From Eledone cirrhosa (taxonomy: Eukaryota), in the NCBI GenBank assembly GCA_964016885.1, contig OZ024748.1, positions 8,370,001-8,434,000 on the forward strand: 64,000 nt of DNA, read 5' to 3'. The notes under the pieces are model-generated. The model saw only the letters and a list, made by a program, of their open reading frames with translations, did no database searches and had not been told where the DNA came from. Position numbers and translations under genes: made by a program. Of the stretch, positions 13,168 through 26,469 are shown in pieces. Numbering within the stretch: position 1 is the first letter of the stretch; each line of letters opens with the position of its first letter.

Positions 13168-13491
13168 GCACACGCGCACACGCACACGTACACACACACA
13201 CACGCACACGTACACATACACACACAGTCGCATACACACAAACAGTCACTTACACACATACGCATACGTACACACACACATATACACACGTGACTGGTGC
13301 TGGGATGTCAGAGTGGTTAAGACATTCCCTTTAAAATCCTTAGGTCTTGAGTTGGATCACTTCGTGTGACATCTCAAAATGATTCAAACTTTGCGATTGA
13401 AATCAGAAAGACGAAATCTTTTGTCAGTCCATTTTCAAGACTCCTGACATGGCCGCTGTCTCTTTTATCTCCTTCCCGCCTATTCTCTACC

Positions 13492-13797
13492 TATGTAATG
13501 ATATGTATATCTGTGATATATATATATATAACTGTGATATGTATATCTGTAATATGGATGTCTGTTGTATGTGATATCTATGTGATATGTATGTCTGTGA
13601 TATGTATTGATATCTAAATGTATATATATATGTCTGTGATATGTATTGATATCTAAATGATATATATGTCTGTGATATGTATTGATATCTAAATGTATAT
13701 ATATATGTCTGTGATATGTATTGATATCTAAATGTATATATATATATGTCTGTGATATGTACTGATATCTAAGTGATATATATGCCTGTGATATGCG
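13492..13797. repeat. Minisatellite with a unit of about 36-42 bp
   Basis: TGTCTGTGATATGTATTGATATCTAAATG(TA)n repeated. Confidence 0.9.
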
Positions 13798-14332
13798 ATA
13801 AGTCCATGCATTATCCCCCCCTCCATCTCCATACATAAACACTGTTTAATACTTGAAGCGTGTGAGTGGGAAGGGATTCCTTTTTCATAACAATACACCT
13901 TTTTCTGCCATTTTACCTGATGTTCCATATATATCTAGAAGTTTCTCCTCTTCTCACCTAACATTTAATTCTCATTTATTTATTTTCATATTCTTTCTAT
14001 TTCTATTACCATGTGTCTATATTTTGAAATCTTTTGAAATCTTTGTTTTCTCCTTCTTCTGTTGGAATCAAGTTTCTTCTTGAAGTGAAACCTTGTCTTG
14101 TAATTCTACAGCCTTGAAGTGCATCAATAAGCCACCAAATTTCAAAAATATATTCTTCTTTTCACTGTCTTTCTTTTAAGTCTTATCTCACCCATTTCCC
14201 CCCAAGAACGTATCGGCGGTTTTTCTTATCAACATTATACGGAATTAAAATAGTTTACGCCAGCCAAATTCCATAGCTTACCCTGAGAAAGCTGTTATCT
14301 CCAGCTTGTTATATATATATATATATATATAT

Positions 14333-14451
<119 letters not shown>

Positions 14452-15965
14452 TATATATATATATTGTATCTTAACATTTATAAAATATATATGTATATAT
14501 AGCGGTTATATCTAGGTGATGCTCTTAGTGAAAGCACGGCATTACTTTCGGCTTCCTATATATGTAACAGTCATTTCTAGGCAATGTTCTTAATCTCTTG
14601 ATGATATTTTTACTGTAAATTCGATTTTTTCAATCCTCTCGGGAAGATTGTAGGATTTAACTTATTTTTACATAGAGATGCACTTTGATCTAAAATAGAA
14701 AGGATAGCATAATTTGCAACTTTTCCACGTCAACATAAAAGTCAAGTAAATTTAATAAAAAAAAAGAGAAATATATATATATATATATTTTGAATTATTA
14801 CAAAATATTTGAAAGATTTGAGAGAAGAGAATTATAAGACATTGAAAGTATTGTTCCTCGGTGAACTAAATGTTATACAATTCCTTGAAGTCTAGACCTA
14901 GAAATTATGAAATCGTTGCATAACACGGGTGCCTTATACAATGATTTCAAATATTCATAGGTTTCGATAGGGTGAAAATAAACATTATAATTAATACAGG
15001 TAATATATATTCTGAGGTTAAGGTAGATGATCTAGTGGTTAGGGTGTTGGAATGACAATCGTAAGGTTGTAAGTTCGATTTTAGTGCTCCTGTTACCGTG
15101 TTAGAGTAGAACATGGTGATTCATTAGAATATCTATCCACTGAACAAATGCAATGTTCAGACAGATTGAAGAAGTCCCGCATATAACAGTAACAAACCCA
15201 CCGTCAATAGAAAGCATGAATGGAATGGCAACAAACCCACAATCTAGAGATTGATGACCATATAAAGATATATACGAATAAATAAAATAGGAGTGTACAA
15301 ATAGGCATAAACACATCCTCGATAGAATACAGGAATAGAATAACAACCACCTAGTAACGGATGGGAAGGGGAATATATACACACGCTAAAAACATTGGAA
15401 GAGAAACAAGACCTACAGACACATACAAACAAGCATGAATGCCAAACAGAATTTTATGGAAGTAGCAGAACACAAAGATTCAAACACGCATGCGTAGACC
15501 ACATACATACATCAGAAGGACAAAAATGGAGTAAATAGAACAGGATCAAAACAAAAATGACACAGAGGAGCAAAACTAGTCACCGAGAAGGTCACACAGT
15601 GTGTGACGAAAGATTAGATTAGTTAACAAACTAATAATAAAGCTGAAGTGAAACTGTACATGGGTAACATGACTCTCCCAAAATATAACAAATATTTGTT
15701 TCAACATTTGACTTCACATCAAGTAACTTGCAAAACAAGAACCAAAACAAAGTGTATGTATGTGTGTATGTATGTGTGTATGTATGTGTGTATGTGTGCA
15801 TGTATGTGTGTGTATGTATGTATGTATGTATGTATGTATGTATGTATGTATGTTTGTATGTATGTATTCGGTTGCTTGACGCACCACTTAGTACACACAC
15901 ACACACACACACATATATGTATGTATGTATTCAGCTGCTTGGTGCACAACTTAATACGCCCCCTC

Positions 15966-16043
<78 letters not shown>

Positions 16044-16080
16044 GTATATATATATGTATATTTATATATATGTTTGTATA

Positions 16081-16147
<67 letters not shown>

Positions 16148-16802
16148 AAATAACATCGAATTTCATCTAAACTCGTCATTTCAACTTTATTGTACTAGGG
16201 GTCCTAAATATATATCAACTATTATTGAAAAAAAAAACCAACAATAACAACAACACCAAAAACAACAACAAAAAGAAACACCACCAACAACAACAACAAT
16301 CATCACAATATTCTGTTGTAAAATCATAGCAGCATATGTGGAAATAAAAGAATGGTGTTTTTTCTAGTAGGAATGACAGTTGCACAAACAGCACCGTATA
16401 GTTAAATCAGATTAGTACTATAATGCCAGAAGCTACGTAACTCCAAAGAAACGCCAAAGAATAGTAGAAACCAAGAATTAAAAATTGAAATTCATTTTTT
16501 TCTCCACAAAAATTCTAAAATAATCAAAAGTGTGTGTGGAAAATATGTGTGGAAAACTGTGTGTGTAAAACTGTGTAAATGTGTGTGTAAATGTGTGTGT
16601 AAAAGTGTGTGTAAAAGTGTATATAAAAGTGTGTGTAAAATATGTAAGCAAAAGAGAATTATAATCAACAAGATTGAACAATAAATGACATAGAAAGTAT
16701 AATACTGTGTGTATGTGTGTGCGTGTGTATGTATGCGTGTGTGTATATGTATGTATGTTTGTATGGATGTATATATATGTATGTATGCATTTATGTATGT
16801 AA

Positions 16803-16885
<83 letters not shown>

Positions 16886-18045
16886 AGTATGTATGTATAA
16901 TGTTTGAATGTATATATATGTGTATATATGTATATATGTATATATGTATATATGTATGTATGTACATATATATGTATGTATGTACGTACATGTATGTATA
17001 TATGTATGCATGTATATATGTATGTACGTATATGTATGTATGTACGTACATGTATGTATGTATGTATGTATGTACGTACGTACATGTATGTATATATGTA
17101 TATATGTATGTTTGTACGTACATGTATGTATATATGTATGTACGTACATGTATGTATATATGTATGTATATATGTATGTACGTACATGCATGTATATATG
17201 TAGGTTAACAAGAACGTCAAAATGGCGGCGAAAGAAATAATATTTTTGCCTGCTTCTTTCATTCCCATTTAAAACACAGTGTTGAAATAAATCAATAAAC
17301 AAAAACAAAAAGAGAGAAAAAAGATAAAAATAATCGAACTGAAGTATATAATAGCAATACCATAGCGTTAGTTTCTCTGACACTCTAAGACTGTATACGC
17401 CGTTTACTCGTTCAACTTTTATTTATCGAATGTAGAAGAGTTGTGTAACATATACATTATTGGTTTATTCTTTTCCTATTATTGTTCAGTTTAAATAGCA
17501 AAACGCTTTAAAACTCTCAGAAGCCAAATATAATTTTAAAATATTTCCATTGTTATATAATTTTGCCCAACTATAACTCTAAGCTGTGTGAGTCCTTATG
17601 GTATTACAAGACATCCATTTCTTCTACAGTAAATTTTGCGACCGACAAGAAACAATATATAAGAACACCAAAAGATATTTTTCTATGATTTCAATTATTA
17701 TCACTTCAAAGTATGTTTCTTTTAGCCTTAGATGTATATACTGATATATACAGATATTTAGATATATACTGGTATATATAGACACAGATATACAAATATA
17801 TACACATTTACAGATTTATGCAGATATACAGATATATAAATATATACAGATATATACAGGTATATAGATATACGTATATATATACAGATATATACATATA
17901 TATATACATGTATATAGATATACACAGATATATATATACAATCTTATACGCCTTCTGTAAGATTATGCATGATATAAATATCATGCATAATCTTACATGC
18001 AACACACGTTTACACACGGATATATATGTATACACACGCACGCAC

Positions 18046-18184
<139 letters not shown>

Positions 18185-19190
18185 AGTTTCCATGTAAATG
18201 TAATCATGCACACATACACATGCCTATAAACCTCCACCACACATATTTATATGTGTATAGTTTCTTTTGAAACAAAATAAAAGAGTTTGTGAGAGACCTG
18301 TTTGATCACCCTGTGAGTTTCCTCTACTAGAAAGATTCTGTGTTTTTCAGGAAGAATTCTAGTGAAAGGGTATAACAGGCACTGATGACCATAATCTGTA
18401 GCACGATCAGGAGGGAAGCTATACATATATGGTTTGAGACTTTGTCCTAATGCTTACTGCTCATTTTGTCTTAATATTTTTATCGCTTAGTCAGGAATAA
18501 GTGTATAACCACTTTTAGGGCCTCCAAGACGAGTTGTATGAAGAGGGGAAGGTCTCCTCAAACAAGACATGCTCTGACATAGGGCTCACTCAGGTGTTGC
18601 AGATGGGGGAACCTCAAATGTCTTAATTAATTTATAACTTAATTAGTGCTTATAATTACTAATATAATTTTATTTAAATATTATATCCATTAACGTAGTT
18701 AAATACTATTTTTACAATTACAAAAAATATGAAATAAAAATCAAGTCATTTCACTGTATTCGGGTTATAAGTGATCCTTATCATAACCGGAGATCATTAT
18801 TTAAATTATCTACTGAAGCTTGAAGATAGCCTGCTCTCTTTAGTAAAGGTGATAACCTTGTCTTTATAACGAAAGATAAATTACTGTTATATCATTGAGC
18901 TAATGTAATTGATTAATGAATTGTACTAAACTGGTAAAGCTATTAAACTGAATATCTCAAACACATGTGACAACATAAATTGGACAACAATATAGTTGAA
19001 TGGTTAAAGAGTTCACTTCCCGATCATTAGATCTTAGGTTCGATTCTCCTGTGTGACATCTTTTTTTTTTTTTTTTTTAAAGTAATTAAAAAATATATAT
19101 TTTTAAAAGTAATTTAAGGATTCATAAAGTCTGTGTTTGAATTAATGTTTAACAATAGGAAAACAACCGTCAATATTGGCTGCAGTATAG

Positions 19191-19341
19191 TCATCATCAT
19201 CATCATCATCATACTCCTCATCATCATCATCACCACCACCACCACCACTAACACCAATACCACAATCACCACCACCATCATCATCATCATCATCATCATC
19301 CTCATCACCACCACCACCTCCACTAACACCAACACCATCAT

Positions 19342-19373
<32 letters not shown>

Positions 19374-19490
19374 TCCTCATCACCACCACGACCACCACCA
19401 TCATCATCATCCTCATCACAATCACCATCATCATCATCATTGCCATCATCATGATAATCCTCCTCTGCTTCATCATCAGCATCATCATCA
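19191..19490. repeat. (CAT/CAC)n low-complexity tract; similar sequence resumes at 21270-21510 beyond the transposon
   Basis: Directly visible. Confidence 0.9.
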
Positions 19491-19499
19491 ATATGATTA

Positions 19500-21239
19500 C
19501 ACCGTGTAACATATTTGTTGTTCCCCGGTTCTAAGTGTCATTTCATGGTTTGTTATATCCCATTATTATTAAAAAACCCTATTATTTAATCAGAAGTTTG
19601 GGCTTGTGGGCAGGAGTTTGATATTTCAAAATTTTCATATTTTTCAAGAAAAAACACATTTTTTAAAAAATGTATCAGTTCATATAATTAAATCAACAGA
19701 GTATATATTTATTTCATTACACAAGTTTATCAAAAGCAAACAAGTAAAAACAAATAACACTTATAAAGCAACTTATACACGTCAGAAATGACTGGATTTC
19801 CTGGATTTGCGGTTGTAGTCCAGGTCGCATTCCCGCACTAGCCCCCAGATATAGTCCCCCATCATGTTTTCATTGTAGTGGCCCTGGTACCTCTGCTCTA
19901 TCTCTTTTCACATCTTGGTGGAATCGTTCACCTTGTTCTTCTGAGTAGGCGCCCATATTGTCCTTGAATTTTTCCAGGTGAGCGTCCAGCATATGGAGTT
20001 GAAGCGACATCCTGCATCCCATGGCGCCAAAGCCTTTATCAGATCCTGCACCAGTTGCTGGTAGTTTTCAGCTCTGTAGTTGCCCAGGAAGCCAATAACA
20101 ACTGCCTTGAACCAGTTTCATACTGTTCTCTCAATCCTATTGAGATTATTCGAGCACTCGGTAGACTCAAACACCTTCTTTATCTGAGGTCCAACAAAAA
20201 TTCCACCTTTGATTTTGGCCTCAGATAACTTGGGGAAGAACTCAAGAAGGTACCTAAAAGCGGCTGATTCTTGGTTGAAAGCCTTCACAAACAGCTTCAT
20301 CAACTTAATGTGCAGTGGCGGCATGAGCACAATCCTGGGATCAACCAGTGGCTCCCACATGACGTTCCGGGTCCCAACTACAAATTCTGTTCGTTGCTCC
20401 CAGTTCTTTCTTTTGTAGTGGTCAGAGGTGGCACTGCTGTCCCAAAGGCAGAGGAAGCATTGGAATTTGATAAAGCCTCCTTGGAGTCCAAGCAGGAAAG
20501 CCACCATCTTGAAGTCTCCAATTATTTCCCAATTGGACAGGTTGTATTGCAGAGCTTCCAAGATGACTTTCACACTGTAGTAATCTTCCTTCAGGCAGAC
20601 TGAATGAGTTAGGGGCAGTGTCGGGAACTTGTTTCCATTGTGGAGGAGGACAGCCTTCAAACTTGTGGTGGAGCTGTCTATAAATAGCCGCCACTCCTTG
20701 GGTACAAACGGCACCCCAATAACGTTAAACAGTCCAGGCACGTCATGGCAGAAGCAGAGGCCATCCCTAAGAGTGTAAAAGCCTGAGAAAGGTTCGTGTC
20801 GACTTCTCTGACTTGTCACCTGCACTTCCTCCTTGACCAAGTTCCACTGCTTCATCCTGGAGACGAATGCTTAAAACACAACTTACCCTTTATTCAGGGT
20901 GCGAAAATCCAGTATCAATAAATCTCTTTAATCCACTTTTTAACAATTTTATACTTTATTGCACTTTTATAATTTTCTTTAGGTATTACTCTTTATTTTA
21001 TAATTTTAATTTAACCTGAAACATATATAAAAAAAATCATTTAACATAAGCAAATTAAACTTACATACAACGTAAAATCCAGCATACAAATAATTCTAGT
21101 GAATAGCTTAGAACTTTTACAAACCCAAACTTTTAACTGTTTAATAGCACTTTTTTTATTTATTTATTTGGGACCTAAGCAACACAAAAAAAGTGATTAC
21201 AAGCCAGGAGCAGAGAAAATTTTTTTTTGTTACACGTTG
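19500..21239 (-). mobile_element. Chapaev3-type (CMC group) DNA transposon, internally deleted, 1740 bp
   Basis: TTA|CACCGTGTAACA ... TGTTACACGTTG|TTA: 11/12 terminal match and a 3-bp TTA TSD (TWA is typical of Chapaev3), enclosing a transposase remnant. Confidence 0.88.
19782..20865 (-). pseudogene. Chapaev3-like DDE transposase pseudogene
   Basis: EWRLFIDSS..SLKAVLLHNGN, GDFKM, CxxC (CFLCLWDS), PPLHIKL, KIKGGIFVGPQIK. Past the TGA at 20118-20120 it continues FLGNY. After a frameshift near 20030 it reads MGCRMSLQLHMLDAH...SEEQGERFHQD, and after a frameshift near 19907 RYQG...DYIWGLVRE, to a stop at 19782. The N-terminus is missing. Confidence 0.9.
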
Positions 21240-21779
21240 TTATCGTTCTCCCACTCATCTTCGCTCCAAAACAACAACAACAACAACAACACAGTAATTA
21301 TAGTGAAAATGATTATCCCTCCCCTCCTACTCCTCATCATCACAAGCACCGCCATCATCAACATCAATAACAGCAGCAGCAACAACAACAACAACACCAA
21401 CAACTATACAATCATCTTCATCATCTTCGCCAATGGCAGTAACAACAACAACAACATACAATCATCATCACCACCACCACCACCACCACCACCACCACCA
21501 CCACCACCATCAACTAAATATTAGATAAAGAATCTTAGTTATTTACATTTAGTTCAACAGAACACTTTATTAATAATATATATTCACATATTTCACATAC
21601 TTTTCTAGTAGTAACATTGTTTTATTTTTAACATCTCTTTCTTTAATAACTCTTTCTTTCCTTCTTTCCTTCTTTCTTTCTTTCTTTCTCTCTTTCTCTC
21701 TTTCTTTCTTTCTCTCCTCTCTCTGCTTATCTATTTTATTCATATTCTTTTTCACCTATCCACCTATAACACACACACA

Positions 21780-22413
21780 TATATATATATATAATGTGTA
21801 TATATATATATATATATATGTATATCTATATGTATATATATATATATAGATATATATATATACATATGTATATATATGTATATGTATATATATATGTATA
21901 TATATATATATATATGTATATATATGTATATATATATATATGTATATATATATGTATATATATATATATGTATATATATATATGTGTATATATATATATA
22001 TATGTATATGTACACATATATGTATATATATATATGTATATATATATATATGTATATATATGTATATGTATATATATATATATGTATATATATATGTATA
22101 TATATATGTATATATATATGTATATGTATATGTATATATATATGTATATATATATGTATATATATATGTATATATATATATGTATATATATATATGTATA
22201 TATATATATGTATATATATATGTATATATATATGTATATATATATGTATATATATATATATGTATATATATGTATATATATATGTATATATATATGTATA
22301 TATATATATATGTATATATATGTATATATATATATGTATATATATATGTATATATATATATATGTATATATATATATGTATATATATATGTATATATATA
22401 TATATATATGTAT

Positions 22414-22444
<31 letters not shown>

Positions 22445-22510
22445 TATGTTTATATATATATATATGTGTATGTGTGTGTGTGTATGTATATATATGTGTA
22501 TATATGATAT
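21780..22510. repeat. Long (TA)n/TG interrupted microsatellite
   Basis: Directly visible. Confidence 0.95.
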
Positions 22511-22666
22511 ATATTATGTATTAGTACCCACTAAAACAACCTCTAACCACAATCCACATTATACTGCTATTGATAAGTTCATAAATCCAATGTTCTTTTC
22601 TACTTTTCTATCGACACCACATACTGCTACATAACAGTCAAAACACATTTATTATTACTATTATTA

Positions 22667-22712
<46 letters not shown>

Positions 22713-23200
22713 CCGGGAAGGGCAGGCAATATTTATCTGTCTGGTGGCCATGGCGAAAGAGATAGTATGGTGGACACGTTTGAAAGGGCTGAAGACGAGC
22801 ACTTACCTCTTCGGTGATGACCTGATTAACTTTTTCAAATTTCATTTGAAAAGGAAAATCAGGGTAGAGAGGGAAGTGCTCTCTTCCCAGCATTTTGTTG
22901 AAAGATGGCTGAGAGAAGCAAGAATGGCTCGAGTGAATGGGCCTTCTCTGAGTATGTGTCTGTAAATTAAAGGTAGAAAACTGGGAGAGGGCACTTGCCC
23001 TGGTGGTCAGGGTCACTGTGGCCTTTTAATGGGCTTTTTCCACAAATGTCTCTCGGAAGTCTCCCCCCTATTGGAGAATTTTTCATTGTTATTTTTTGTT
23101 ACATCCTCTGTTTTTGTTTTTACACGCAGAAATGCCCATTTGTACCGTCCTGTATTATCCTTAATGTCTACTTTATATAAACCCTTGTGGTTAATAAAGA

Positions 23201-23203
<3 letters not shown>
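22713..23203 (+). mobile_element. Tx1/L1-clade LINE 3' end, copy 1, within (TTA)n
   Basis: Highly similar to 40008-40508. Reads ...LVAMAKEIVWWTRLKGLK...FVERW...SMCL*, then a 3'UTR with AATAAA. (TTA)n on both sides. Confidence 0.85.
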
Positions 23204-23267
<64 letters not shown>

Positions 23268-23300
23268 TAATGTCAGCCCTTGTGGCCAATAAAGTAATAA

Positions 23301-23344
<44 letters not shown>

Positions 23345-23766
23345 TGAAATATGATGGAAACAGTAAAACCTATCAACAAATAGAAAAGTGATGGAATGCC
23401 TCTCACATCTCTCTCACATCTCTCTCACATCTAGACATGATTCTAGAGAATATCTTTTTTTTTTTAAAGTTTCATATCTTTATGTTTTTCTAAGTTTCAT
23501 GTTTTAATGTTTTTCAAAGTTTCGAAACTAGTTTGATTTACTGATCCACAAAACAAAGAAGAGAAAATATTTTATTAAAAGATGAAAAGTAATGGAATAA
23601 CATCTTCTGGGCTAGATTAGGAATAAAATATTCATGGATACATTAGCGCCGCAAGAATATAAAATTTACCCAAACACAAACAACACAACACACCACCATA
23701 CACCAACACCAACACCAACACCAACACCAAACTATGAAAATAGAATAATTTGTCATGTAAACTATA

Positions 23767-23856
<90 letters not shown>

Positions 23857-24082
23857 ATTGTATATATATATTATATATGTTTTTTAACTTTTTATTTCAT
23901 TTTTTAAAATTTTGAATTGGCATTTTAAGGTCTTGATGAAAAAGGGGGAGTCTTGTACAGACTTTCACCAAAAATAAACAAGAGAAAAAGGGAGCGAAGA
24001 GGATGGGGGTTCCTTTTGCTAAAAATCTAACAGGAGCATATTGATGAATAAATTATTATATCTCTTGTGTCGACACAGTATA

Positions 24083-24155
24083 GCGGCGTGGTTAAGAGGT
24101 GCGGGTTTGTAATCATAAGGTCCTTGGTTCGAATTCACTGTATAGTATCTTGTTA
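24083..24155 (+). mobile_element. tRNA-like SINE head
   Basis: A-box-like GGCGTGGTTAAG and B-box GGTTCGAATTC, without an intact acceptor stem. Confidence 0.6.
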
Positions 24156-24159
24156 TGAC

Positions 24160-24300
24160 AGGCCATACTGTTACATCTGGTCATGTTGTTATGTCTAGTC
24201 ATTGTCTGGTCATCTTGTTAAATCTGGTCATCCTGTTATATCTAGTCATCCTGTTACATCTGGTCATCTTGTTATATCTGGTCATCTTGTTATGTCTGGT
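24160..24300. repeat. 18-bp tandem repeat, about 8 copies
   Basis: Unit CATCTTGTTATATCTGGT. Confidence 0.9.
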
Positions 24301-24934
24301 GACATTGGTTGGACTTTCCTCGCAATACTCGAGGTAATTCTACAGGTACCTTAGTCACATCACGTGTCTAGGCATCATTAGTGATAAGCAATTATGATAA
24401 TAAAATAATGATAAAACAAGAAACCAAAAAACAAGGTTGTATGAGACCTGAGCCAAGACAAACACCGAAGCTCTGACTGCGAGGAACAACAACTGTATCA
24501 TCGATTAAATGTTTGAAATTTATGTCATTAGGACGAAAGGTTTATTTATGCAACTGGAACTATAAAAGAAATCGAATTTGACATTGAAATCTTTTGTGGA
24601 GCCTCAACTAAAAGAAATGCATTTAAGATGATTGAATTAAAAAGAAAACCTTATCAGACCTAAATAAATTTGATTAGGGACTCATAAGCAAAAGCGGAGT
24701 ACAGATCTGTAAAAATCTAATGGGGAAAATATTGGGTTAAAAAGCAACAACGTATAAATAAATAAAGATAAGAATTTGATAAGAGACTGGGTTAGAAATA
24801 ATTACAATACCGCTAACAAATATAGAATTTGAGGTTCTGTGGGAAGAATATGAGGAGATTATATAAACAATAATAATTTAGAATAACAACACATGGCCAT
24901 ATATTTGTTGGTAGGGAGTAACCGTTTAAATCTA

Positions 24935-25320
24935 CCCCAGTAATTAACAAGGACATTTACTACTTTGACCACGGGTGGATAAAGGGCAAAGTTGACCTCA
25001 CTGAGATTTGAACTCAAAAAGTAAAGGGCTGGGACACATGGCTTAAAGCATTTTGTCTGGCATTCTAGCACAAGGTAGTTTGTCCAGAAATCTTCCACTT
25101 TCCAATGGTTGATGAACGAAGAAGCAATAACTGTTTCTACTTTTAGCACAAGGCCAGCAATTATCCCAGTGCATTACTGGTACTTTATTTTATCACCCCG
25201 TAAGGATGAAAGGCAAAGTTAACCTCGGCGGAATTTGAACTCAGAATGGCAAGGGCCGTAACTCTATGCGTCAAAGCATGGCGTCCGACTCTATACCGAT
25301 ACTGCCAATCCACCACCCAC
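24935..25320 (-). mobile_element. Two tandem SINE family A copies: old (24935-25070) and younger (25132-25320)
   Basis: Same motifs as 8646-8832. The younger copy is flanked by a direct repeat, ACGAAGAAGCAATAAC (about 25116-25131 and 25319-25334), a probable TSD. Confidence 0.85.
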
Positions 25321-25584
25321 GAAGAAGCAATAACATCAGCTTACTTTGGGAAACTCCGAGTATCTAGGAAGGTTTATACCAGTGTACCATGTTTTATATA
25401 ATATAGTATATTCACCTCTATGTTTATATATTGATTACTCTTTGAGTGATTACAATCTCACATTTAGGTAACATTCCTGTCTCCCCCCCTCTCTCTCTCT
25501 CTATATATATATATATATTATATATATTGAGTATATGTTTGTTGTTTAATAAACGAAGCCAAATTTTAAATATTTGACTTAATT

Positions 25585-25645
<61 letters not shown>

Positions 25646-25724
25646 AGAGAGAGAGAGAGGGGGGGGGAGATATAAACAGATGTTCTTATAAAAACGATTG
25701 AGAAGAGACTGAATATTTATGTGT

Positions 25725-25760
<36 letters not shown>

Positions 25761-25899
25761 CACCCCCACTCGCACAAAACGCCACCACCAACAGTTTTGC
25801 AAGAGATGTCAACATGAATAGACCTATTATTTTTATCTAAAGACATTTTTTCCGACTCCATCCCGCCCGTCCCCCCAATCTATTTTATTTATCATTCTT

Positions 25900-25935
25900 T
25901 CTTCTGATGAAGGACTAGCGTTCGAAACGTTAAGA
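25900..25935 (+). ncRNA. Minimal type I hammerhead ribozyme (family P3; element extends to about 26020)
   Basis: TCTT-CTGATGA-A-GGAC-TAGC-GTTC-GAAA-CG-TT-AAGA. Stem I TCTT/AAGA, stem II GGAC/GTTC, palindromic stem III ACGT. Confidence 0.7.
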
Positions 25936-26201
25936 CCCCGCTTCCTGCTATATCAAGCGTTAACCTAATATATACTTTCCATATACTGTACCGATTGTGT
26001 TGTTATTTCTGTTTACCTTTTACATACATATATATGTATATATATATGTATATATATATACACACATTCCCTCTCATCTATATGCAAAGACACACATACA
26101 TACATACATACATGCACATGTATATATATGTGTATTTGAAGGAGAGAGATTGTGTGAGATAGAGTTAGAGAGGGAGAGAGAAATATATATACATATATAT
26201 G

Positions 26202-26333
<132 letters not shown>

Positions 26334-26412
26334 TAAAGAGAGAGAGAGAGAGAGAGAGAGGTAGAGGGAGTGACAGAGATGAAAACTTACATGCATAGAT
26401 GGAAATTGAATG

Positions 26413-26469
<57 letters not shown>

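Noticed and set aside
24083-24155. tRNA genes (also at about 13298, 15025, 18990, 34880, 49483)
   Set aside because: A and B boxes are present but there is no intact cloverleaf, and they mostly continue into SINE-like sequence.
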